From Octopus bimaculoides (taxonomy: Eukaryota): DNA of 35,259 nt. How positions within the stretch are numbered: the stretch's first letter is position 1; each line of letters opens with the position of its first letter. Location of the stretch: NCBI RefSeq assembly GCF_001194135.2, contig NC_068981.1:113118035-113153293 (forward strand). Direction: 5' to 3'. The translations under genes and the position numbers were made by a program. Below, one piece after another: positions 21,880 through 32,965 of this stretch. The notes under the pieces are model-generated. The model was not told where the DNA came from. It was given only the letters and a program-made list of their open reading frames with translations, and ran no database searches.

Positions 21880-23420
21880 TGAATGACACAAAAACAAAAA
21901 GAAAAATCAAAAATCAAAAAGAAAATCCTGAAAAACAAAATGACTAACAGTCACACTCTCGGGTGCATACTTCTTTCATCAACTTCACTGTTGTTCAGAA
22001 GAGCAACATTGAGTTGATTGAGGAAGTAATTAACAACAAAAACATTCTGACAAATTTTGCAGAACTTCTGAAAACTTCATCGGACAGGATGATAATCCAA
22101 ACAGATATGAATACGTATCTGGATTTGAAACAGAAATCCACCCCCCAGGACATTGGGGGTGGGGGGTGGAGGGTTAGTAAGCATCCCAAAGAAAGCTTAC
22201 TAGAACCCCACCATGACCAATAAGAAGACCAAGGCAAATAATTCCATTTTCTTTTCTCTAAGCTGAATGGCTACACTTAGAGTAGGCTGTGTAAATGTTC
22301 AGGGCCTGGGTGTGCCTTGGAAGTAGAGTCACCTGCTCAATGATATCAGGTCCCTTGATTTATATGTGACAGCGATTAGTGAGACAAGAATTTCCAGGAA
22401 GCATGCTCTAGCATCCATTTTTGAAGGCCACAAGATATTCTGATCTTGTGGTATAGCAGTGCTATTCTGAAAATCATTAGGTCTCAAAGTAAGGGCAGTC
22501 TTCTCAGACCCAGATGGTAGGTTGGTGGTTCTAGATATGAATGACAGTGAAGTTGGTGCCTTTAAATTGATGGCTGTGTATGCCCTTTCAGGGGCTTGAA
22601 GGTCAGATTCTTCAGGTATCTAGAAGCATTCCTGGTAACATCTCACACTTTAGTACTAGTAGAGGACTGGAATAATATTTTGGACACACAGTAAGTCTGT
22701 GTGGTCCTTGTACCAAGAAGGGAGTGCAAAAGCCTCGAAAACCTGCTCAGAAACTTGCAGCTGTCTGACAGGTATTGACTGGATTTCCCTGATGTGCGAG
22801 TGTGGACATGGAGCAACCACAACAAGTCATCCAGATTGTATCTAGATAGAGTTTTTATTAGGTCAGTCGATAGGGATAGCATAAATTGTCCACAATTCAA
22901 ATTGGTCGACTACACAGACCACAAATTTGTGATCTGCACAGTTGATTTAAATACCTTCACAGCCTGATAGTAGATGCAAGTTTCCACAAAAAGCTAATAA
23001 CGGCCACTGAAATATGGGAGGCAGTGAGTAATTGTACAAGTTGCAAATTGATTGGTTTGGATGGTCTGCACTATCAATTCTATGTATTCATGCCAGATTT
23101 GTTTAGCAGCCTCTTGGCAGACATATACCACAAATGGCAAAAAAATGGGAGAATTCCTAGTGCTGTTAGCTGGGATGTGATGATACTGCTAAAGAAGGAT
23201 GCTGACAATGGGGATGTACTTGGAAATTTTTGGCCTATAACTCTACTAAACACAGGGTTTTAAATTTTGGCCTAGGTATTAGTGAAAAGGTTGGGGCTTG
23301 TCACTGGTAGTATGGTTTGAGAAGCACAAACTTGCACAATCCTGAACAAGTCTATCCATAACAACTACTACCTTACGCAATACATCATAGAGAGTGCTAG
23401 GACTAAAGCTGGCTTTGCAC
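21880..23420 (+). mobile_element. Tx1/L1-clade LINE relic C (ORF1 end, APE endonuclease, RT N-half)
   Basis: VTAISETR, GRLVVLDMN..FKLMAVYA, LVLVEDWN, WTWSN..SRLYLDRVFI..YTDHKFV, GLDGLHYQFY and NFWPITLLNT. Confidence 0.8.
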
Positions 23421-23618
23421 AGTTGTTTGAATCATATAAGCTATAAGTTCCATAATTCCTAAAGAATTCCCATTGTGCTTAGATTCTATGATCTCTTTAC
23501 TAAAAGAAAGCTAGAAATATTGTCGTAGCCACAACATAGCACAACATATTTCTCATTTACCTCCACTTGCTTTCCCAATTCCCTTGTTAGAATGAGAAAA
23601 TTCCTTACATAAAACATC

Positions 23619-24077
23619 GTGGGGGAGGAGGAGGACCTTCTGGCAAAGGTGGAAATACGCACTACTCCAGTGGACCCAAAGAAAAAGAAAAAAAAGGACG
23701 AGGCATGGCCGGCGCTCGATAGTGCACTGCTGGCATGTCCCGACACTCCGTTGGTGGGAATTGTGCCACCAACGGAGGAAAGCAGGTCGGTGGGAATTGT
23801 GCCGCCGACAGTAGAAGCTGTGGGCTCACCCTGTGAGGAAAAGGATTTGCTAATCCTATTCCGAAAGGGAGGGGCCCTGCAGAAATTTGTGAATAAAAGG
23901 AAGCGCCGGAGGGAGGGAGTCCTCACCTGTACTAAGGATCCGGACTGGCCTCCGCAGTCACCTGCGGAGGTCGTGTCGAGTAGTCATATAAGTACAGTGG
24001 TGAATTCCTTCCCCCTCGATGAATTCAGTATTGCAAAGTGGGCTGACCCAGACCCATCGTGGTGCTATATCGGGTGA
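23619..24077 (+). other. GC/CpG-rich 152-codon ORF of unknown origin (possibly TE ORF1 fragment)
   Basis: GTG start, KKKKKK and KRKRRR basic runs, duplicated VGIVPPT (36-bp period, 23753-23809). No recognisable domain. Confidence 0.3.
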
Positions 24078-24349
24078 AAAAACCTAAGAGGACGAGTGCC
24101 TCATATTGTATAATGAAAGATTGTAAGAGGCAAATGCCTTAATTTATGACTTTTTATGTATGAGGTTCATAGCCTCAATGTGAAAATTTAATTTTAAAAG
24201 AACAGTGTTATAGAGAAGAAAAGTTCGGCAAGCGGCTTTTGCCTTCTCTCATTATACCATCATATTTATCATCCATTTCATCTCATTAATATGTTCGTCT
24301 AGCCCGCAGCTACTCTGTATACTGCCTTTATAGCAAATCAAATGAAATA

Positions 24350-24720
24350 AAGTAGCTTGCTTACCAATTACATGGTTCTGGGTTCAGTCTCACCGTGTGG
24401 CACCTTGGGCAAGTGTCTTCTACTATAGCCTCGGGCCGACCAAAGCCTTATGAGTGGATTTGGTAGACGGAAACTGGAAGAAGCCCATCGTATATCTATA
24501 TGTATGTGTGTGTATATGTTTGTGCATCTGTGTTTGTCCCCGCCCCCAACATTGCTTGACAACCGATGCTGGTGTGTTTACATCTCCGTAACTTAGTGGT
24601 TCAGCAAAAGAGACTGATAGAATAAGTACTTACAAAGAATAAGCTCTGGGGTCGATTTATTCGACTAAAGGCGGTGTTCCAGCATGGCCACAGTCAAATG
24701 ACTGAAACAAGTAACAGAGT
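24350..24720 (+). mobile_element. tRNA-derived SINE family 1, near full length
   Basis: GGTTCAGTC B-box-like, CCTTGGGCAAGTGTCTTC core, internal (TG/TA)n, shared 3' tail. Confidence 0.85.
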
Positions 24721-26200
24721 ATGAGGCCCTTTTCATGCAAGATCGCTGGGAAGGGTATCTTCTGGTGTAGTGGGTCCACCACTCATGGTAAGGGGCCCCT
24801 ACCTCAGGGATACCTGGGGCAACTGCCTTTTTTGTACCTTTACTCCATAAATCTGGCTATGCTCATGACTGCACCTGTACTCTGCTCTCCTTTTTGCCAG
24901 TCTTTTGTGTGTCTGTCTGTCCATTGGTGTGTCTTTATCTTCAGATATGGTCTTTTTTATATGCTTCAGAACTGATTGGACAGATCTGTGATGACATCAT
25001 CATTCAAAAGTCAAGAAGTTATTTATGTAGAATGATGTTAGATTTTTGCTGACATCATCAATCAATCAACCTGTCAAAATATCACTTGTTTGCAAAAAAT
25101 TTCCAGATTCAAAAGTGAACTCTTGTACAAATCACAGGGTAGACTTGCTGCAATTTAATCAACACTCCACAAATTTGTGTCTTTGTTCATCAGTTAAAGG
25201 GTTGTCAATAGTAGAATTTGAGCATTGGACAGAATACCATTCATTGTTTGATCAAGCTCTTTCTATTATGAGTTCAAATCCCACTGAGGTTATTTTTTCT
25301 TTTCATCTTATACTGAGGTCATTGATATTAACTAACCTTCTCCTCTCAAAAATTACTAAGTTTGGGCCTATGTTAAAAACAATTATTTATACAAGATTGA
25401 CAGAAGGAGAAATGTTTAGATTAGATTGTATGCTTTCATCTTTCTACATTTCAAGTTCTCATCCCATTGAAGTTTTAGGATTTGTAAAATATATATCAAT
25501 CAAGTAAATTGACTACCATCATCATTATTACTGTTATTTTTATCATTTTTAGTGGACAAAAAACAGTATACTAGATGGAAAATTGCGTTGTTTCAATACA
25601 TTCTGAGTTCAAATCCTGCCTGATCTTGTACCTAAAAAAAAAAATATCTATTGGACTGTATTCTCTGATAAATTCCTGGTAAATTAATTCCAAAACTCAG
25701 TTTAAAGTTCCTGTCAGAAGTGATTTGAAGTATAAAATGTGGTTAATTCAAGAGTTCAGTTGACCATGAATCAGAAAAATGAAAAGACTTCTATTAGGAA
25801 GACACAAACTTTACCTCTAACATACTCGTGGACTAGAAGTGGAGGTGTGGTTTGACATAGCTGTCTGCTATTTTAGTAGAACTATACTTGTCACATGTGG
25901 AACCAATAATCCTGACATTTATTTTTCTCTTTCTCTCCATTTTTTCCTTCTATACCTTTTTGTTGAAGAGCATAGGCTTAAAACATCAAAGACATTTCCA
26001 TTTTCCCAAAGCATCAAACTCCTGCTTGTTGTTCCCTCACCTATCTCTGTCTTTGTTATCTCAACATTTGAACCATATGCATGATGACCTCAATAGTGCT
26101 GGTGACATAAAAACAGCACCCTGTACACATTGTAATGTTGTTGGCTAAAGAAAACACTGGAGCATGATGCAGTCTTTGGACCCATTGGATCCTGTAAAAC

Positions 26201-26259
26201 TGTCCAACCCATGCCAGCATGGAAAACAGACATTAAATGATCATGATGGTGATGTTTAC

Positions 26260-26299
<40 letters not shown>

Positions 26300-26302
26300 C
26301 AC

Positions 26303-26386
<84 letters not shown>

Positions 26387-26440
26387 TGTCCAGTCCATGC
26401 CAGCATGGGAGATGGACGTTAAAGGATGATGATAGTGATG
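26201..26440 (+). repeat. Two LINE-tail-like motifs (26201-26254, 26387-26440) flanking a (TA)n(CA)n microsatellite
   Basis: TGTCCA-x-CCATGCCAGCATGG-x-GGAC/AGAC-TTAAA-(GAT)n occurs twice. Confidence 0.6.
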
Positions 26441-26539
26441 AATATGTATATGTCTGTGTGTTTTGATGTCTATTCTTACCATTAATGTTTATGGATTTGT
26501 CTGACTTCCAATTTGTGAATATCATTCATCCTTAAAAAT

Positions 26540-28638
26540 AGATTAGGCAGGCTACCTCAAAGGCAAGTGAAAATGATCTCATGTTCATGGCTGGGGATTT
26601 CAATGGGCAGCAGCCTGGTATCTTCCATGGTGTACATGGGGCCATGGAATTGGTTCCTGAAATGAAGAGGGTACAAAGACTGGAGTTCTGTGATGTGAAT
26701 AACCTATTGATCTGCAACACCAACTTCAGGAAGCCAGCCAGCCACCTGATAACCAACCAATCAGGTGACTATGCTAGCCATATCAATTATGTTCTCACCA
26801 GACAGCAGGATGCATGGTTACTCCTAAATACAAAGACCTTCCCTGGTAAAGAATGTACCTCCCAGCATAGATTAGTTATTAGTAACTTCAGACTCCAGGC
26901 CAGAAGAATGCCAAGAAGCAGACCAATCTGGAAACGAAGGATTTGGAAGTTTAAGGACCCTTCATATGACCAGAGATTTAGGGACATCGTAATTGAGAAA
27001 TTTAATGAGAAGGAGGAGGAACTACAGACTTGTAACATAGAGGGCAATTGGGAATTCCTGCGGGATAGCTTGCTGAGTGCCACAGACCAAATCTGTGACT
27101 GGTGGAAAGTCCCATCCAGACCTAGGGTGATGTGGTGGTGGAATGGTGCAGTAGACAAGGCCATCACAGCAAAGAAATGAGCCTAGAAAGCCTAGAAGAG
27201 TGGGGGTAGCAAGGAACTGTATCAGATAGACAGAAGGAAAGCTAGGAGACAGGTATATCTAGCCAGGCGAGAAGCAGAAAAGAAGAGGTGTGCCTATGTT
27301 CAGTGATGTAAAGACTTGAAGTGTTTCAAATTGCAAGACAGTGTGTGAGAGAAAATTGTGATGTCATAGGAGAGAACTGCATCTGCATGGATGATGGTGC
27401 ACTTGCTTTTAATGAGTCTGCAAAGAAAGAGGCTTGAAGATGCCATTATGAAAGACTGCTGAACGTGGAGAATGAATGGGAGGAGGAGAGTCTATCAAAT
27501 GTTGACCCAACTGAGGAACCAGCTATCTGAATCAACAGTACCTTGGTAGATAAAGCAATTAAGGATATGAAGACAAGGAAAGCCCCTGGCCCATCAGGAA
27601 TCACAGCTGAGATGCTTAAAATATCTGGTGGTGTGGGTTATGGTCTAGTCACCTGTATTGTAAATCAGGTGGTACATGAAGAGGTCATACTCAATGACTG
27701 ATGTAGCAGCACCATAGTCAACTGCTACAAAGGTAAAGGTGATTCCTAAAATTAAAATAATTACAGGGGTATCAAGTTGTTGGATCAGGTGATGAAAGCT
27801 GCAGAGAGAGTCATAGTGCAGCTAATTAGGGAGAGAGTTAGTCTAGATGAGATGCAGTTTGGTTTTGTGCCAGGGAGAAGCACCACTGACACTATATCTC
27901 TGGTAAGGCAACTGCAAGAGAAATACATAGCCAAAAATAAACCTCTGTACTTGACTTTTGTTAACTTGGAGAAAACTTTTTATAGGGTCCCCCAATCCCT
28001 TAGCTGGCAGTCATTATAGAAACTAGAGATAGATGAGTGGTAGGTGAGAGCTGTACAAGCCATGTACAGGGACACTGTCAGTAAGGTGAGGGTTGACAAC
28101 AAGTACAGCGAAGAATTCAGGGTAGAAGTAGGGACTCACCAAGGATCGATCCTCAGCCCCTCTTGTTCATCATAGTCCTCCAGGCTGCCCTCGGGAGCTT
28201 CTCTATGCTGATGACCTTGTTCTTATAGCTGAATCACTACCTAAACTAGAGATATTTCAGGTGTGGAAGCAAGGTCTACAACTGAAAAGCCTCAGAATTA
28301 ATCTTGCAAAAATCAATGTCTTAGTGAATAGGAGGGCAGATAAATCACATATCTCTTCAGGGAGATGGCCCTGCTCAATCTGTAGAAAATGCATAGGTAG
28401 AAACTTCATAAGATGTACCCAGTGTAAGCTTTGGACACATAAAAGGTGCAGCAACACTAGAGGAAGGTTTACAGGGAAATTAACTTTTGTATGTGGAAGG
28501 TGCACAGGTACAATAAATGCTGAAAATGTGCAGAAAATAAACTCCATCAATTGCCAGTGGGGTAAGCTAGAGATAGTAGATAGCTTCCAGTATCTAGGTG
28601 GTGGCATCAGTGATGATGATGATGATGATGATGATGAT
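26540..28638 (+). mobile_element. RTE-clade LINE relic: APE C-terminus, RT and PHD-like finger, ending in (GAT)n
   Basis: MAGDFNG, QHRLV, KAPGPSGITAEMLK, NYRGIKLLDQVMK, EMQFGFVPGRST, LYADDL (YADD 28204-28215), DSFQYLG. Multiple stops and frameshifts. Confidence 0.92.
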
Positions 28639-29087
28639 AGTTTGAAAGTGTTGCCAAGGTTGCATCATTAATACTTGATTTTATTTTTAGCCAGAAAATA
28701 ATTAACATCTACAGAATCATAAACACTTTAAAGACTAAAAATCTTTGACTACCCTTGAAAATGTTATTGTTGTTGTTGATCTCCAAATCAATTCAAATCA
28801 AGCAGACAATTGATGCATTCCAGCTGTGATTTTCCCCAAGCACAGTATATCCTGGTCCACATTATTAGTGGGATTTAAAGGATATCAAAAATTTGGCTGC
28901 ACCCTAGAATCTATAACCACTGGTTTTTATTATCTTTCATCTTTTTTTCTACTCCAAAAACTTTTACTCCCCATTATTTGTTTATTTTATTGTTGCATGT
29001 TTTCTTGCATCCACAAATACCATTTCACACTCCATTCTAAACCATTTTCTTCAGATCATTAATCTATAACAATTAAAGTTGAACATA

Positions 29088-29247
29088 GGCGCATGAGTGG
29101 CTGTGTGGTATGAAGCTTGCTTCCCAACCACATGGTTCCAGGTACAGTTCCACTGCATGGTACCTTGGGCAAGTGTCTGCTAATATAGCCTCGGATTGAC
29201 CAAAACCGTGTGAGTGGATTTGGTAGATGGAAACTGAAGGAAGCTTG

Positions 29248-29252
<5 letters not shown>
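29088..29252 (+). mobile_element. SINE family 1, 5' half
   Basis: GGCGCATGAGTGGCTGTGTGGTA head and CCTTGGGCAAGTGTC core, ending at (TA)n. Confidence 0.85.
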
Positions 29253-29292
<40 letters not shown>

Positions 29293-29296
<4 letters not shown>

Positions 29297-29679
29297 AAGA
29301 AAAATAAGCGAAAATTCACATTGGAAATGAAAAAAAGTAAAGGCTTTTTATGAAAAGTAACAATAGATATATACATTTAAATGAACTGAGGTAGGAATAA
29401 AAGTAATAAAAGTCATTATTGTGAATTGTTAAAGAGATTCAAAAAAGATTCTGGGTTCGTAATGTTACTAATCATTGGTTTGAATGCATTCAAAGCAAGG
29501 ATTAGTAACATTATGAAACCGGTATACTTTTGAATCTCTTTAACAATTCACAATAATGACTTTTATTACTTTTATTCCTACCTCAGTTCATCTAAATGTA
29601 TATATCTATTGTTACTTTTCATAAAAAAGCCTTTATTTTTTTGATTTCCAATGTGTATTTTCGCTTATTTTTCTTCTTA
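29293..29679. repeat. 387-bp fold-back palindrome (arms about 190 bp, no spacer)
   Basis: TAAGAAGAAAAATAAGCG...CGCTTATTTTTCTTCTTA, centred on TTGAATG|CATTCAA (29486/29487). About a dozen mismatches or indels. Confidence 0.95.
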
Positions 29680-29724
29680 CATTTCCACGTGTAGTTTCTA
29701 TTTTGTTTTTGTAACATATTTTTA

Positions 29725-30546
29725 TTGCATTTACATGAGTAATAATGCATCCTTTCATGTGCATATTGCTAAATTGGCAATGAAATGCAGGTGACTGACC
29801 GGATGGATTCTTAGAACTTTTAGAACAAGAGATCAGGAAACTATGATGGTCCTCTGGAGGACACTTGTCCTAAGCCACTTTGACTATTGCTCTCAGCTAT
29901 GGTCACCAACCAGTGTGAAATTAATCTCNNNNNNNNNNAGCCACTTTGACTATTGCTCTCAGCTATGGTCACCAACCAGTGTGAAATTAATCTCTGAACT
30001 TGAGGCAATCCAACGAAGCTACACGAAGAAGATAGCCTCTATGCAGCATAAAAGCTATTGGGAAAGACTCAAAAGATTAAGACTCTATTCCTTAGAGCTT
30101 AGGTGAGAAAGATATGCCATAATATACATCTGGAAGATCCTCAAAGGACTCGTCCCAAACTTTGGCATCGAAAGTTACACAAATAAAAGAACTGGACACC
30201 ACTGCATAGTGCCAAGGACTCCAAATTTGCCATCAAGATGTAGGACAAGATACTGCATTAGCCTGGGCTTCAGAGGTCCACAGCTCTTCAATATCCTCCC
30301 GAAGGACCTGAGAGACCTACATGGGGTGGATGTAGGTATCTTCAAAATAAAGCTGGACCTCTTCCTGTCAGGTGTCCCAGATGAACCAACTTCGTGGCAA
30401 GAGGTGCAGATGAGGGTAGCTGCATCAAACTCTCTCATGCACCAAATGGCAATTCCTGAAAAGCATTTGTGAAGTAAAATTATGTAGCAACACCAAATGG
30501 CAGTGCCCCAGCATGGCCACAGCTCATGAGCTGAAACTAGATAAAA

Positions 30547-30557
<11 letters not shown>
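29725..30557 (+). mobile_element. CR1/L2-group LINE, 5'-truncated 3' end with UTR and A-rich tail
   Basis: GWILRTFRTR..LWRTLVLSHFDYCSQLWSP..LEAIQRSYTKKI..YWERLKRLRLYSLE..RGPQLFNILPKDLR..FKIKLDLFL..PDEP; stop at 30470-72. Confidence 0.85.
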
Positions 30558-30578
<21 letters not shown>

Positions 30579-30579
30579 C

Positions 30580-30800
30580 ATATATGTATGTATGTATTTG
30601 TGTGTCTATGTTTGTCCCCCCACCATCGCTTGACAACTGATGTTGGTGAGTTTACGTCCTCATAACATAGCGGTTCGGCAAAAGAGACCAATAGAATAAG
30701 TACTAGGTTTGCAAAAAATAAGTCCTGGAGTCTATTTGTCTAAAGGCAGTGCCCCAGCATGGCTGCAGTCAAATGACTGAAACTGGTAAAAGAAAAAAAT
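30580..30800 (+). mobile_element. SINE family 1, 3' half
   Basis: Matches 24530-24720. Confidence 0.85.
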
Positions 30801-30851
30801 ATGCTGCATAACTTTTTTTACCCAACCCTGAGTTAAATTAAGTTTGAAATA

Positions 30852-31072
30852 CAGTAACCCCTCACCATATCACGGTTCGTCTATCGTGGGTTTTTTTTAT
30901 TTAAGCTCACATCGATTCCTCCATGGTGTTGTTTTTCATTTATAATAAAATTATACAAATTATAAAATTAAAAGAATATACAGTATTGTTTCTACTTCAC
31001 GGATTTTCACCTATCGCAAGGCATTTTGGAACACAGCACTCCCAATAGTCGAGAGTAGTCAAGGGTTTACTG
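30852..31072. mobile_element. Tigger/pogo-type MITE (221 bp)
   Basis: TA|CAGTAACCCCT...AGGGTTTACTG|TA: imperfect TIRs with a TA target duplication. Confidence 0.75.
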
Positions 31073-31746
31073 TATTTCAATTGCATTGGGAAAATCATAT
31101 AACTTTAAGCAACTCTTTTGTTTTATAAATCTGAGATTTTAGTATGCTTGGTTCAAACAATAAAGAGCTAATTTATGGTATGAGCTCTAATGCCAACTAA
31201 TCTTTGTTATTTTCCTATGGGGACAAGTTTACTTTATTCTGGAGGCACTAATATTAATATCAGTAATGTATTGGAGCCTATCCGGTCTTTTCTTCAACAT
31301 TTATGAATTATTTTAGAATCATTAGAGGAAAACAGAAAATAAGAAAATTTCTCACTCTTGATCAGACTAAAATTTTTGAAAATTTTATCATAAATTGATT
31401 TGTAATTAATCCCCAGTATCTTTTTAAATATACACAATTGACTAATTCAAAATGCTTGTATTCATGTCATTGTCAGGACTTCTTTAGACATTGAATCAAC
31501 AGTTGTTGAAGAAAAGGACAAATGGCCATGCAGAATTTGTTCCGGCACTCTGTGTCCAAATCCCGCCAAGTTCAAATCTCTTTTCATTTATTTTCAAAGT
31601 CAGCATTCCAGTTTGATAATTTCATTCCACTAGTCTCAGCATCCCTAAAGAAATAAAGCATTGTAGGCACTTCGCTCTTAGAAAGAAAAAAAATTAACTA
31701 TAAAGCAAACTGTCCAGTATAAATTAGTTTTTATTTTTCCTTTCAG

Positions 31747-31914
31747 GTTGATCAGTATTTTACAGTCCAACCACATACAATATTGAGACAGCATTTAGAT
31801 TACAGCCACTGGTATGATCGAGTCAAACTGAGTTTGAAGGACATACACAATACCCAGTATGTTGCTTGCATGAATCCAACAGCAGGTAGCTTCACAATAG
31901 ATGCCAGATTGCAG
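31747..31914 (+). CDS. DNAH9/11/17-like: Dynein heavy chain exon D, AAA3 sensor-1 region
   Basis: tttcag|GTT...CAG|gtaaag, 168 nt. Encodes [56 protein letters not shown]. Confidence 0.97.
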
Positions 31915-32704
31915 GTAAAGATAACAATGTTACAACAGTTATTGATTATGATAATTATACAGAGTAGTTGAGTGTCAGATTAAATGTTTCACTGTGTTAA
32001 ATTGCATTTCTGAATTCTGAATTTAAATCCTGTGAGTGTAAATTTTGGCTTTCATCCCTTTGGAATTGATCAATAGAATTAATCTTTCAATCAAATATGC
32101 CTACTAATAAAAATCTGTGACTTTTATATGAATTTAAGAAATCAGTAGTAATTATTATTTCAATAATGATACTTAGTTATGACACTTTACATCCTGGTTT
32201 GCCATTCATCCTTTCCACTGAAATAAAGTAAAGCACTAGTCAAGAACTGCAGTCGATACAATTGACGAACTTATCCTCTTAAATTTGGAGCCTTGTGCCT
32301 TTCTTATAAAATATTAATACAGTGACAGTGATAATGTTGACAATAAACATAAAATGGTCCATATGGTAGGTAGTTGAAAGTAAGGCTATTTAGAAAGTTA
32401 GGAAATATAGCACATTCTTTAAACATTGTTTTTGACTCAAAATGCATCAGCTTCATACCAGCTAAATGATTGCAGAGGAAAATATAAGAAATGCCTTTAG
32501 AGTGACATTCAGAGTATCTAAATGACCATAATCATAATGTTCAGTAGCATTTGGAGCAGTATCTGATGCTAATAATGCTACTGATGATGTGAAGGATGAT
32601 GAGGAAGAAGAGGACAATGACAATAATGTTGATAATAGTAATGATGATGATAATGAGGATAGTTGTGAAAGGGATGCTGATAATGGTGTTTGTTTTGATT
32701 CCAG

Positions 32705-32944
32705 AGACACTTCTGTGTATTTGCTATCAGTTTCCCATGTGAAGACTCACTGAAAACAATCTACAGCAGTATATTAAGTCAGCATTTAAGTTTTGGAGAA
32801 TTTTTACCAGTTGTTCAGAAATTCTCACAAAATATTGTGATAGGAAGCTTGGTCTTGCATAGCAGAGTTGCATCTCACTTCTTGCCTACGGCCATCAAGT
32901 TCCACTATATTTTCAACTTAAGAGATCTTTCAAATATATTTCAG
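32705..32944 (+). CDS. DNAH9/11/17-like: Dynein heavy chain exon E (not in the ORF track)
   Basis: gattccag|AGA...CAG|gtaagg, 240 nt. Encodes RHFCVFAISFPCEDSLKTIYSSIL...FLPTAIKFHYIFNLRDLSNIFQ, a conserved dynein AAA3 motif. Confidence 0.97.
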
Positions 32945-32965
32945 GTAAGGAAATAAACATATATA

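Larger units (their letters stand above)
5053..31746 (+). other. 26,694-bp intron of the dynein gene, mostly TE relics
   Basis: GT at 5053, AG at 31745-46. The protein joins seamlessly as DDMNMPE|[11 protein letters not shown]; no missing dynein residues are expected between the exons. Confidence 0.9.

Noticed and set aside
23486-23926. 146-aa minus-strand ORF
   Set aside because: Overlaps the GC-rich plus ORF; poly-F derives from an A-run.
24691-24712. Stem-loop plus GAAACAAGTA in SINE tails as a hammerhead
   Set aside because: No CUGANGA core or helix I.
29514-29531. GAAACCGGTA hammerhead-like half at the palindrome centre
   Set aside because: The opposite segment (ATTCTGGGTTC) fits a diverged reverse complement better than a CUGANGA core.
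29873-29994. Exact 56-bp direct repeat in the LINE
   Set aside because: The copies flank a 10-N gap and are identical, typical of unmerged contig overlap.
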